Counted from the first letter of the stretch, positions 28,120 to 37,024 are shown. The stretch: 64,000 nucleotides of DNA from Patescibacteria group bacterium (GCA_035549315.1 DASZRC010000027.1:4514-68513); one strand, 5' to 3'. Translations and numbers: made by a program. Notes: generated by a model not told the origin, from the sequence alone.

Positions 28120-28959
28120 CTAACTTTCACGGCCGTTGCAGATCAGACGAGCAGATTCTTTTATACCTGGCACTCTCTTATGATCTATCTGGTACATTCC
28201 ACTCAATTGTTCATCCGGAACCTTTACCAAATCACAAGTCATAACAATCCCATTATCAATGAACCTGGTTTTTTCTTCTTTTGAAATATCTGTAAGCGTT
28301 GTAACCGGATACATCTTGGGCCTTTCTACAAAGTCTTGAAGATTTCCTTCTTCCGGATAATTCCATGCAAGCGTTTTAACACCTTTACACTCTGCATAAG
28401 TTATGGCGTCTGTTGTAAGCTTGGTATTTGTTGCTACCCAAACAGCATCAATTTTGTTTTTCTCTTTTACATCTAAAAATCTTGCATAGGTATAAAGAAT
28501 TACCTGGACATCAGACTTGCCAAAAGTCTGGTTGTGGAATTTTACTTCTACAATTTCCCTTCTTCCATCTTTTTCGAGGACTATATCTATCTCATGGCTC
28601 ACACACTCACCCTGCATAATTACATCTGTCTGGGTTTTGTAACCTTGGTCTTGAAAGATTGCGGCAAGATATTTTTCAAAAGGGAAGCCTGTTGGCCCCA
28701 GCTCAAAGATTGCTTGGCGGAGATTAAAACGGAGGCCGGCTTTTTTATCTTTGTCTATTAAGAATTCACGGATGTGATAGAAGATTTCATCTGTTGTGAT
28801 GTAGCCGTTTGCCGGTACCTTTTCCCTAATGTGCTCTAGAACTCTATCATGGAGTTCTTTTGGTACGCCAACACGGGTCATGGAGCGGATGACGCGAGCG
28901 TCATCAAACTTAACCTGCTCTCCATTCCGCTTAACTACTATAATAGGTTCACTAGGCAT
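28120..28959 (-). CDS. ATP-cone domain protein fused to a restriction-endonuclease-like (Mrr/PD-(D/E)xK) nuclease domain
   Basis: The N-terminus IIVVKRNGEQVKFDDARVIRSMTRVG is ATP-cone/NrdR-like. The central segment …EIDIVLEKDGRREIVEVKFHN… matches a PD-(D/E)xK core. Confidence 0.55.
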   Translation of the reverse strand: MPSEPIIVVKRNGEQVKFDDARVIRSMTRVGVPKELHDRVLEHIREKVPANGYITTDEIFYHIREFLIDKDKKAGLRFNLRQAIFELGPTGFPFEKYLAAIFQDQGYKTQTDVIMQGECVSHEIDIVLEKDGRREIVEVKFHNQTFGKSDVQVILYTYARFLDVKEKNKIDAVWVATNTKLTTDAITYAECKGVKTLAWNYPEEGNLQDFVERPKMYPVTTLTDISKEEKTRFIDNGIVMTCDLVKVPDEQLSGMYQIDHKRVPGIKESARLICNGRES

Positions 28960-29078
28960 TAAGAATAGTATACTAAATTAGTTAATAGTTTGTAGCTTAT
29001 GACTATAAAATGTACCTTAAATTGAGAATTGTAAGAAACTCTTGAAATTCACCTGAAAATGGAGCAAAAATTAATTAT

Positions 29079-29639
29079 ATGGCTACCGAAGATAAAACAC
29101 CAAAAGACCCTATTGGGAAATTAATTTCAGAACATACGGAATACTCTAAAAATAAAGATGAACTTTTAGATATTCATGTTGGTAATCCCCTCAAGAGAAT
29201 TACAGAACTACTTGAGGAAATAAAAAAACAAAAAGCTTTTAGCTTTACACTCAAAGGCTCTTTAGGAATAGCAGGTGTTTTCCTTGCCTTATCTATCTTC
29301 GGAATACTCGGGGGAGGAGCGATTTTGTGTGACAAGGGTAATCAAAGCCAGGTGGGAATAGTTAAAGTATTGAACGTAAAAGATACGGATAACGCATCCG
29401 ACTTGCCTGTTATATCTTTATGGATAAATTATTTCGCACCAAAACACACGTACAATCGTACTGTATTAGTGAAACAGAATGGAGATATCATTAGGCTTCC
29501 ATATTCTAATAAGGTTGACTTCTCGAACTATTCTAACTACCAAGTATTGGCAACTGGAAGTTATGATTCCTGCAGCCAAAGCCTTACAATTAACGACCCG
29601 TCTGGAATAGAAGTTTACTTAAATTCTCCTAAGAATTGA
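29079..29639 (+). CDS. Hypothetical membrane-anchored protein (186 aa)
   Basis: ORF with one central TM segment. Confidence 0.4.
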   Translation: MATEDKTPKDPIGKLISEHTEYSKNKDELLDIHVGNPLKRITELLEEIKKQKAFSFTLKGSLGIAGVFLALSIFGILGGGAILCDKGNQSQVGIVKVLNVKDTDNASDLPVISLWINYFAPKHTYNRTVLVKQNGDIIRLPYSNKVDFSNYSNYQVLATGSYDSCSQSLTINDPSGIEVYLNSPKN

Positions 29640-29720
29640 AAATAGTTCTTGGTCTACTAATCAAAATCCTTTTACTTTTGGGTCTACTCATGCTATCATT
29701 CGGAACATTGGAATTAACAT

Positions 29721-30452
29721 ATGGAAAATAGAAAAAAAATACATGAGGAATATCACAAAAAAACTTCTGGACAAACTAAACTAATTTCAGAAAAAGATTT
29801 TACATATAAGCTTTTACTACCAATTATTAACAGGTATGACAAGGGGAAGAAAAAAGTCCTCGATATAGGCTGTGGAGCAGGAACAATCTCTTTATACCTT
29901 GCAAGTAAAGGACACAGTGTTAAAGGAATAGATATATCAAATAAAGCAATAAAAGCATGTATAAAATCTGCGAAAGACATGAGAATAAATAACGTTCATT
30001 TTCAAAGAATAGATTTTCCACATACTATCCCTACTGGCAAATTTGACTTAATAATTTGTACAGAAATTATTGAACATCTTGACCAGGACATTCAGGCACT
30101 TAAAAAGATGTATAGAATTCTAAATAAAAATGGCGTACTAATTCTTTCAACTCCATCCATTGATGCTCCGCTAAATAAACTTGGCTTAACAAAAAAATTT
30201 GATAAGAGAGTCGGACACCTCAGGAGGTATAAAAAGAATGATCTTATCAAGACATTAAAAAAAGAGAATTTTAAGATTATAAGCTCTGAGATAAAAGAAG
30301 GACCAATTCGTAACTATTTATTTGTAAATAATTATGCTGGCAAATTTGTGAGATTTATAAAATTTTTCTTAGTAGATGTAGTGACTTTCATGGATAACTT
30401 GTCAGTAAAATTTTTTGGAGGATCAGATATTGTTATTGTTGCTAAAAAATGA
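29721..30452 (+). CDS. Class I SAM-dependent methyltransferase
   Basis: Motif I is VLDIGCGAGTISLYLA. A post-I acidic residue and a motif II (DLIICTEIIEHL) follow. Confidence 0.75.
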   Translation: MENRKKIHEEYHKKTSGQTKLISEKDFTYKLLLPIINRYDKGKKKVLDIGCGAGTISLYLASKGHSVKGIDISNKAIKACIKSAKDMRINNVHFQRIDFPHTIPTGKFDLIICTEIIEHLDQDIQALKKMYRILNKNGVLILSTPSIDAPLNKLGLTKKFDKRVGHLRRYKKNDLIKTLKKENFKIISSEIKEGPIRNYLFVNNYAGKFVRFIKFFLVDVVTFMDNLSVKFFGGSDIVIVAKK

Positions 30453-30600
30453 CCTCTTAGGAATTCGGAGACCAAAAAGACTTGTTCTTATCTTCAAATT
30501 CAACAAAAAAAACTCTAATAAGGAAAGGTTTTCCAAAAGAGAAGCAAAATCATACTATTTACCTATTGTTTTATAAAGGTTTACAATGTAGTATTATAGT

Positions 30601-31872
30601 GTGCATAGAAAAGTTATTAAAAAATATATTCATGTAATGAAATATATGGGCTCTAAGCGGGAACTATTAGAGCAAATAGAGAAAATCGTGGCCAAGAATC
30701 TACCTGAGGGCGGGGTTCTTTTAGATATATTTGCAGGAACTTGCGGAGTTGGAATTTATCTTAGAGATAAATATCCAATCTACTCTAATGATATTCAACT
30801 GTATTCAGAATTTATATCTAAAGGAACAGTTGAATCTGGCCCTATCCAAGTAAGTCGTGAACAAGTTTGGGCCCTAATTAAGGATGACTATGAGAAAAAT
30901 TACAATCACGTGTACTCTAAGCTTAAAGAGAGCGTTGATTTAAGCAATAAGTTCATTGCAACTAAGACGTGGACTAAACCAATTCTTGCTGAATATTTGA
31001 AATTTATTAAAAGTCTTCCAAACCCAGAAAACATGGAAATGTTTAAAGGCAAGAACTGGCTTGTAGACAAATATATTGAGCGCTCAAATAAAAATTCCTT
31101 GTTTCCCTACATCCAAACTATATTTTTGTTTTCGGAAATGTATTTTAGCCTAGATCAATCACTAAAAATTGACAGCATAAAATATGCAATAGACAAGTTA
31201 TCAGAAAAAAACCTAGCTTTGGGGAATTTAATGAATGTGGCCTTAATTCATGCCTATAGCTATTGCAGCGCAGGAACTGGTCATTTTGCTCAATTTAGAG
31301 ACTTATCAACTCTAAGTTCGGTTACAGATGTATTTTTATATAGAGGTAGAAGCATTGAGGATTATTTTCTTAAAAAAATGGAAGAGTTAATTTTGGCTAC
31401 GCAACTGAATAAATATCATGATTTGAGCAAATCCTTCTCTCAAAACTACACAACGCTACTAGATAATAAGTCAGTTATGTCTAAAGTTGGCCTTATATAT
31501 GCTGACCCGCCCTATTCGTTTGTCCATTACTCAAGATTCTATCATGCTATTGAGGATTTATGCAGGTATGATTATCCAATAGTGCTACATAAAGGAAGAT
31601 ACAGGACAGACCGCCATCAATCTCCTTTCTGCATTAAAACGTTGGCACCTAAAGCATTCAAAGACTTACTAGCTAAGGCAAACAAATTCAAAATACCAGT
31701 TTTAATATCCTACTCTAATACTGGCATGATTAGACTAAGTCAAATAATCAAGATAGCTAACGATATCGGCTACAAAACGGAGCTAACGGAAGTCGCTCAC
31801 AAGCACTCAACGATGGGAAGACTTAAGGATAAAGATCGCGATGTGACTGAAGCCCTAATTTTATGCAATTAG
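30601..31872 (+). CDS. DNA N6-adenine/N4-cytosine amino-methyltransferase (Dam-like D12 class), the M subunit of a Type II R-M system
   Basis: N-terminal YMGSKR and FAGTCGVG (FxGxG) motifs, and a C-terminal IYADPPYS (DPPY) motif. The gene converges on the REase gene with a 4-bp overlap. Alternative in-frame starts at M13 and M16 lie closer to the conserved motif. Confidence 0.75.
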   Translation: MHRKVIKKYIHVMKYMGSKRELLEQIEKIVAKNLPEGGVLLDIFAGTCGVGIYLRDKYPIYSNDIQLYSEFISKGTVESGPIQVSREQVWALIKDDYEKNYNHVYSKLKESVDLSNKFIATKTWTKPILAEYLKFIKSLPNPENMEMFKGKNWLVDKYIERSNKNSLFPYIQTIFLFSEMYFSLDQSLKIDSIKYAIDKLSEKNLALGNLMNVALIHAYSYCSAGTGHFAQFRDLSTLSSVTDVFLYRGRSIEDYFLKKMEELILATQLNKYHDLSKSFSQNYTTLLDNKSVMSKVGLIYADPPYSFVHYSRFYHAIEDLCRYDYPIVLHKGRYRTDRHQSPFCIKTLAPKAFKDLLAKANKFKIPVLISYSNTGMIRLSQIIKIANDIGYKTELTEVAHKHSTMGRLKDKDRDVTEALILCN

Positions 31873-32504
31873 TTCTCTCCTGCTGCTTCTTCTATTTGCT
31901 CTTTAACTTCCTTAACGCACGCATTTTTAGTTATTGCTAAAACTAAAAGAGGACACTCCGCTGCCCCACCACCTATTATTTTTGGCATAAGTTTCCCTAA
32001 ATGCGTAGTAGATGCACCATAAGATGAACCCTTACCCAGTTCATTAAATAACTCTTGCAATTCATCTGCCCTGGTAACTATGATGCCAACACTAACCACG
32101 CCAATCTGATGCAAAAGCCTAAAGTTATTCAAATCCCTATCAAAGAAGGGGTCTTTGTTATTCCATTCTAATTCAACAGCTATCTTGTTCTTATAGTAGT
32201 CGACGTTATGCGTAGGCGAAGGATTACTCGTACCATCTATCACTACATCCACATCCCATTTTTTCTCTTTCCAGCCATTACCGTATAAAACATTATCGAA
32301 TTTTGTTGCAATTGGTGACTTCCTCCCACCCGGGGTAATAATATCTTCGTGAGTTATTTGAAACTGTTGAAGAAGATCCGAAAGCTGTTTTAATTCCTCA
32401 GGGAAATCATTTTTTAGAATAGCGCTAGCATGTCTAAACTCATGGATGTCGAATTTATGCAGTATTTCAGGACTAAATATTGATGTTGATGATAAGCTTG
32501 TCAT
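31869..32504 (-). CDS. Putative Type II restriction endonuclease with a BamHI/BglII-like catalytic core
   Basis: An E-x-E motif in …KIAVELEWNN… followed by a hydrophobic strand (…LLHQIGVVSVGIIV…) resembles the BamHI active-site arrangement (…GMEFETGN…LAIIL…). The gene is co-transcribed downstream of a C-protein gene and converges on an MTase. Confidence 0.45.
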   Translation of the reverse strand: MTSLSSTSIFSPEILHKFDIHEFRHASAILKNDFPEELKQLSDLLQQFQITHEDIITPGGRKSPIATKFDNVLYGNGWKEKKWDVDVVIDGTSNPSPTHNVDYYKNKIAVELEWNNKDPFFDRDLNNFRLLHQIGVVSVGIIVTRADELQELFNELGKGSSYGASTTHLGKLMPKIIGGGAAECPLLVLAITKNACVKEVKEQIEEAAGEN

Positions 32505-32725
32505 TCAAAAAGTCTTTCTATTTTAACATTTAATCCAATTGATATCTTCTGTAAAGATTTAACCGATAAATTTCTGGCCCCTCTTTCAACCGAACCGATA
32601 TAGTTTCTGTGTAGCTTACAAGCTGATGAAAGCTCCTCTTGAGTGATCGCTTTCATCTCTCTGTATTTTTTAATGTTTCCTCCGATAATTTTTAGTATGT
32701 CTGACATGCCATAAAGTATAACCAA
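32501..32725 (-). CDS. Controller (C) protein, an HTH_XRE-family transcriptional regulator of the R-M system
   Basis: 74 aa with a helix-turn-helix (…ITQEELSSACKLHRNYIGSVERGARN…). Its stop overlaps the REase start (ATGA), which is the canonical C-R arrangement. Confidence 0.75.
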   Translation of the reverse strand: MVILYGMSDILKIIGGNIKKYREMKAITQEELSSACKLHRNYIGSVERGARNLSVKSLQKISIGLNVKIERLFE

Positions 32726-32750
32726 AATAAGTAATTTATTCTATATCTTA

Positions 32751-32770
32751 CCATATCATAGAAGGTATGG
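32751..32770. promoter_or_regulatory. Candidate C-box/operator: inverted repeat CCATA-N10-TATGG, 26-45 bp upstream of the C-protein start
   Basis: Seen in the sequence. Assigning it as an operator is an inference. Confidence 0.25.
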
Positions 32771-32860
32771 ATACAAAATTTATATTATAAAGACTTTTTA
32801 TGCTTTTGATAAATTTTATTCTATTAAAAAATTATTAACCAGAATTTTAAAAAACAAATG

Positions 32861-32896
32861 GCAGCCAAACAACGTCGCCATTATTGGACGAAAAAC
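32861..32896. repeat. Conserved 3'-end motif GCAGCCAAACAACGTCGCCATTATTGGACGAAAAAC, copy A. It starts 9 bp after the stop of 32905..33540.
   Basis: Copy B (33613..33648) shares ~33/36 nt with it. The core GCAGCCAAACAACGT also occurs at 36047..36061. Confidence 0.75.
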
Positions 32897-32904
32897 TTAA
32901 TGGC

Positions 32905-33540
32905 TTAGGGTTCTTCGTGATATTTTTCCATAAACTCCTGTCTCCACTTTTGTAATCTTGCCGCACTTGGACTATTGGGATCCGGAACATAATCTTTATT
33001 ATTTCCGCCCTCTCTATTAAGATTTTGAATAAATCTTTCCATAACTCTAATATTCTGTAATGAGCCCCTATATTTTCTGCTATATGCGAGCTTCTCAATA
33101 ACTTTTGCATCTTTTGGGTCGAAAATTCCCGCTCCATCCTGTGAATTAACAACAACTATATCGTAGACAAAATCCTTTTTCATCTCATCTGCAAGAGGAC
33201 CAACTAAAAACCTCGTCTCTCTAGGGTTAAATTCAATCTCTTTCCATGCCCCCGCATCGCATAAACCCTCAAATATCTCTATTAATTCCTCTCTAAATGA
33301 CGGTGTTATATGAGCCTGTGGAAGTAATCCCCTGACCCCAACCATAATTCTGTCTTTCAATTCTGATGTTCTGGGCACATCTGAAACTTCCATTGCCGGT
33401 AGACCAAATGCTTTCTCTAATGAACTTGGCTCAACCCTCTTAAATCTCATGTCTCTTCTTGGAAGTAAATCATATAAGCCCAATAATTGGTGATTTAAAA
33501 ATTGAGGATCTTGTGGGATTGGAACGCCTTCTGTTGTCAT
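32905..33540 (-). CDS. Hypothetical protein (211 aa). It is the last gene of the minus-strand hypothetical cluster.
   Basis: ORF only. Confidence 0.45.
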   Translation of the reverse strand: MTTEGVPIPQDPQFLNHQLLGLYDLLPRRDMRFKRVEPSSLEKAFGLPAMEVSDVPRTSELKDRIMVGVRGLLPQAHITPSFREELIEIFEGLCDAGAWKEIEFNPRETRFLVGPLADEMKKDFVYDIVVVNSQDGAGIFDPKDAKVIEKLAYSRKYRGSLQNIRVMERFIQNLNREGGNNKDYVPDPNSPSAARLQKWRQEFMEKYHEEP

Positions 33541-33612
33541 TGGATTGAATTATAAATCCAACCAGCAATAAGGTAAAGTACTTTTGAATAAACGGTCAAA
33601 AACGTCCGACCA

Positions 33613-33648
33613 GCAGCCAAACAACGTGGCAATTATTGGACGAAAGAC
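33613..33648. repeat. Conserved 3'-end motif, copy B (GCAGCCAAACAACGTGGCAATTATTGGACGAAAGAC). It overlaps the stop codon of 33633..35150.
   Basis: Seen in the sequence. Confidence 0.75.
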
Positions 33649-35150
33649 GTAGTTACCTGAATTAATTGAGCTAAGTTTCTTTCCTCTCTCATTCTAAGCC
33701 TCAATTCATCCGCTCTAGTAGATAGTCTTTTTCTCTCCTCTGACCATTTTTCGCGGTCCGTATCTGAATTGGCAGCTTGAATCATTCCATCGAGCGCATT
33801 GCTTCCTCTATTTAATGCTTTTAACTCATGTACCATTAAACCTAATTTATTAAATTCCTCGGCTGCAGAAGAACTCGCAATATAAGATCGATTATCCCAA
33901 TCGGCTCTATTAGCTTTGTCCAATTTTCTTATACGTGATGCCGTCTTTGATAGCTCAATGAGAGCATTAGCAGCCCTTCTTGGATCTTTTACGCGGTCAA
34001 AATCCTGCGCAATCTTTAATTGAGTTTGATATAAAAGTTCAAGATAAGTTATTTTTCTTTTCTCCCAAGTCTCCTTATCCTCTGGTTTCAATTTAATCAT
34101 CCCATCTATTCCTGCTAGACAATATATGAGCTGCGTTACCCGCCTAGAAGGATTGGTTTCCGAATCTGCCATTCTCTTATTCCAACCGATATTTTTATCC
34201 AACCATTGACTCTTATCTTCATCTGTATCTGATAACTTAACCAAATTACTTGTAATGAATGCCGCCAAACCATACTCCGCCCTTAGAGATTCTCCATCCT
34301 GCGCAAGATCTATAGAACGAGTTACAGAATTATCTGCAACAACAAACCATTTCCTAGCCTCGTCTTTATTTACCTCACCATATCCAATCGCAGCTGCAGC
34401 CTGAGCAGACCAGTATATATATACTCTCTCCCCATGAGAATTATCACTCCTATGAGAAACTTCTGCTGCTTTCCGTGCATGATCAAACCATATTTCATCC
34501 CATGCTCTCTTATCTTCTGGAGTATTTACATATAACGCCGCTTTTCTCGCTGATTTATGAAGAGTGGCATGAAAAGTAAATTCCCAACCATTGTTTATAA
34601 GAGATACGGAGTCTAGAATATCATGAAGGTTTTTATATGCCTGTTCTAATAAATCTTTTCGTTTTTCTGGATCTTCCTCTATCTCTGCCTGTTCATTTCT
34701 TGCCCAGGCCTGCATGACAGCGGCAGAAAAAACTTGCCCAGATGAATCTGGCAGTTTTAAATCCAAAGCTTTATCTGACCACTTACATGACTCTTCATAC
34801 CAGTTAATCTTAGCAGCTGGCTCAGTCTCTCCGCGGGCGACTTTAAGTGCACTATCACCTAGATTTACGTATGCCAACAACCTGACCTTGGCGGGCATTT
34901 CTAAATGCAAGATTTTTCTAACCGAGTTGAAGGCTCCAAGCGCATTACCGTCCATCATGTCTACTGTACTATTTTTAATAGCACGGTAGATATTGGGTTT
35001 CCTGACCAAATTAGAACCTCTACCCAAACGCCTATTACTACCTTCTTTTTCTAAAAGAGAATTTGCAAGATCTTCCTCGCCCATATATTGCTCAAGAAGT
35101 GATGCAAAATCTTCTTCTGGTTGAGCACCCGGATTGTCTAGTTCTGTCAT
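33633..35150 (-). CDS. Hypothetical protein (505 aa), predicted all-alpha with repeat-like segments and a C-terminal coiled coil
   Basis: The ORF is preceded by a conserved promoter cassette and followed by motif B. Confidence 0.5.
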   Translation of the reverse strand: MTELDNPGAQPEEDFASLLEQYMGEEDLANSLLEKEGSNRRLGRGSNLVRKPNIYRAIKNSTVDMMDGNALGAFNSVRKILHLEMPAKVRLLAYVNLGDSALKVARGETEPAAKINWYEESCKWSDKALDLKLPDSSGQVFSAAVMQAWARNEQAEIEEDPEKRKDLLEQAYKNLHDILDSVSLINNGWEFTFHATLHKSARKAALYVNTPEDKRAWDEIWFDHARKAAEVSHRSDNSHGERVYIYWSAQAAAAIGYGEVNKDEARKWFVVADNSVTRSIDLAQDGESLRAEYGLAAFITSNLVKLSDTDEDKSQWLDKNIGWNKRMADSETNPSRRVTQLIYCLAGIDGMIKLKPEDKETWEKRKITYLELLYQTQLKIAQDFDRVKDPRRAANALIELSKTASRIRKLDKANRADWDNRSYIASSSAAEEFNKLGLMVHELKALNRGSNALDGMIQAANSDTDREKWSEERKRLSTRADELRLRMREERNLAQLIQVTTSFVQ

Positions 35151-35154
35151 GTGC

Positions 35155-35210
35155 GTATTTTATCAAAAAATGAGGCTAAATGCTCAAGGTTAGTTAGGAG
35201 AGGTTAGTTG
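35155..35210 (-). promoter_or_regulatory. Conserved promoter cassette, copy 1. On the minus strand it reads …AACAACTAACCTCTCCTAACTAACCTTGAGCATTTAGCCTCATTTTTTGATAAAATACGCAC-ATG. A TAAAAT -10 lies 6 nt before the start of 33633..35150, and the cassette also contains a remnant of a small-gene 3' end.
   Basis: About 50 of 53 nt are identical to copy 2 at 36971..37024. A diverged third copy lies at 35985..36015. Confidence 0.55.
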
Positions 35211-35299
35211 TTTTTTATTGAGCCACTTACATTATCAGGCAAATTATCAAAATATAATTTCCTTTGATCTTCCTCAAGTTTACCAATCTGTTTTTCATT

Positions 35300-35980
35300 T
35301 TATTTGTTTACTACTGCATACAAATACTTATATGCATCGACTGCAAGCTGTGCGCCCGCAAGAGTAAATTCCGGAATCAACAATCCATGATAATCGGCAG
35401 CAAAAAGCTGTCTCCTCATACTCTTTAGTTGCTCTTCTACTGTTTTTTCTCCAGAATTATCCTTAATTAAAGTATCACTACGTCTTTTTGCTTGATCTAT
35501 TAACTTCAGATAATATTCTGCGTCTTTAACAGCGTCTAGCTCCACGCCGTTTACAACTCTAACATAATCCATTGATTCCTGAACGACTTGTCCCGCGGTT
35601 CCTGCTATATACTCCTCTCCCGAAGAAATCGAATTAATAATTACACCAGCACCCACTGATGCATCAGCCAAAACAAAGAAGTGATTCATTTCATTCTTGC
35701 CCATCTCAACAAGTGCATCTTTACCCATAACCCCGGAAAGATCCACCATTAATCGTGCTGTAATTAAGCCTGGAACGGAATGCCCTTTGCCAGATTCCCT
35801 ACTATCTCTTATTTCTCCCGCAATATCAGTTTTTTTATCCTTAAGCCCTCTCATGAGAGCTTGCTTGTAGCCGGAAAAATAAGCAAGAGTATCTCTTTTA
35901 TCTGCTTTTGACAGATTTCTTGATCTTTCACCCCACATCACCCTGTATGTAAACACTAAATCATTTTCCTGATTTGCCAT
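35300..35980 (-). CDS. Hypothetical protein, 225-aa family paralog P1
   Basis: Shares with 36285..36962 the motifs WG(E/D)RSRNLS, YFSGY(K/R)Q, LADAS, GEEYIAG and an identical 23-aa C-terminus EFTLAGAQLAVDAYKYLYAVVNK. Confidence 0.55.
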   Translation of the reverse strand: MANQENDLVFTYRVMWGERSRNLSKADKRDTLAYFSGYKQALMRGLKDKKTDIAGEIRDSRESGKGHSVPGLITARLMVDLSGVMGKDALVEMGKNEMNHFFVLADASVGAGVIINSISSGEEYIAGTAGQVVQESMDYVRVVNGVELDAVKDAEYYLKLIDQAKRRSDTLIKDNSGEKTVEEQLKSMRRQLFAADYHGLLIPEFTLAGAQLAVDAYKYLYAVVNK

Positions 35981-36046
35981 AACGCGTATTTTACCAAAAT
36001 ATATGCCTAAAAGCTTATTTTATTTTTATATCCTACAAAAAATTGG

Positions 36047-36061
36047 CAGCCAAACAACGTT
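36047..36061. repeat. Core GCAGCCAAACAACGT, copy C
   Basis: Seen in the sequence. The upstream context AAAAATTGGCAGCC resembles copy A. Confidence 0.6.
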
Positions 36062-36164
36062 TCCATACAAGAATTTAAAATTTAGAAATATTTTGACTCA
36101 TATATGAGACAAAATAAATTAAAAGTTAAGATAAAGAATGTAGTTGTTTGTGGAAGAAAGATCT

Positions 36165-36282
36165 AACTATTTCTTATTGGGGATTCAGCATATTCATTTT
36201 CTTTGTAAATATATGCCTGTACCCTTACTGCTCGTAGATACCCACCTTCTTCTTCCTCAATATTTCCGAATCTTTCTTTCAT
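36165..36282 (-). pseudogene. Truncated duplicate (39 codons) of the N-terminus of the small-paralog gene 37356..37706. It sits 2 bp after the stop of paralog P2.
   Basis: ATGAAAGAAAGATTCGGAAATATTGAGGAAGAAGAAGG matches the first ~38 nt of 37356..37706 except for 3 substitutions, and the sequence then diverges to a stop. A more decayed copy (ATGAAAAACAGATTGGTAAACTTGAGGAAGATCAAAGG) lies at ~35220..35290, directly after paralog P1. Confidence 0.55.
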
Positions 36283-36284
36283 TT

Positions 36285-36962
36285 TTATTTGTTTACTACC
36301 GCATACAAATACTTATATGCATCAACTGCTAATTGAGCTCCTGCGAGCGTAAACTCCGGAACCCACAGCCCTCTATATCCCGCAACTGAAAATCCCTTTC
36401 TCAAACTTTTTAATTTATCCTCTACCGTCTTCGCTCCAGAATTATCCTTAATTAAGGCGGAACTACCTAGCTTTGCCTCCTCCATCATCTTTATATATAT
36501 CCCTGCACCACGTACTGCATCTATGCTTGGGTCAAAAGATTCTGCTACATATCCAATAGTTTCGCTCACTTTGTTTTCCGCAATTCCTGCGATATATTCT
36601 TCCCCTTCTGTTACTGAATGCAAGACTAAGGTGGAACCCATGGATGCATCAGCTAAAACTAAAAAATTGTTAACTTTATTCGCCGCCATTTGATTGAGCG
36701 CGTCATGGTCTATTACCCGAGGAATCTCCATCACTAAACGATTGGCTATTAGGCTAGGGACCGAGAGCCTAGTCCTATCTGCTGTAGCAGTCTTTATATC
36801 AGCCACAAGCTCATCCCTCTTATTTTTTAGATCTCTTAATAACGACTGCCTGTATCCGGAGAAGTAGAACATAGCAGCTTTTTTATCTGCTTCCGAAAGA
36901 TTTCTACTTCTATCTCCCCACGCTTCTCTCATTCTAAATACTAATCCAGCTTCATGATTCAT
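36285..36962 (-). CDS. Hypothetical protein, 225-aa family paralog P2
   Basis: Paralogous to 35300..35980. The last ~45 nt of the two genes are nearly identical, and a promoter cassette copy lies upstream. Confidence 0.55.
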   Translation of the reverse strand: MNHEAGLVFRMREAWGDRSRNLSEADKKAAMFYFSGYRQSLLRDLKNKRDELVADIKTATADRTRLSVPSLIANRLVMEIPRVIDHDALNQMAANKVNNFLVLADASMGSTLVLHSVTEGEEYIAGIAENKVSETIGYVAESFDPSIDAVRGAGIYIKMMEEAKLGSSALIKDNSGAKTVEDKLKSLRKGFSVAGYRGLWVPEFTLAGAQLAVDAYKYLYAVVNK

Positions 36963-36970
36963 AATGGTTG

Positions 36971-37024
36971 CATTTTATCAAAAAATGAGGCTAAATGCTC
37001 AAGGTTAATTAGGAGAGGTTAGTG
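36971..37024 (-). promoter_or_regulatory. Conserved promoter cassette, copy 2. It is upstream of paralog P2 and overlaps the last codons and stop of 37009..37353.
   Basis: Near-identical to 35155..35210. Confidence 0.55.

Noticed and set aside
32847-33155. 102-aa minus-strand ORF overlapping the 3' end of 32905..33540 in another frame
   Set aside because: It is out of frame with the longer gene. It stays open only because it reads through the conserved 3'-end motif (…FSSNNGDVVWLPFVF), so it is probably not a separate gene.
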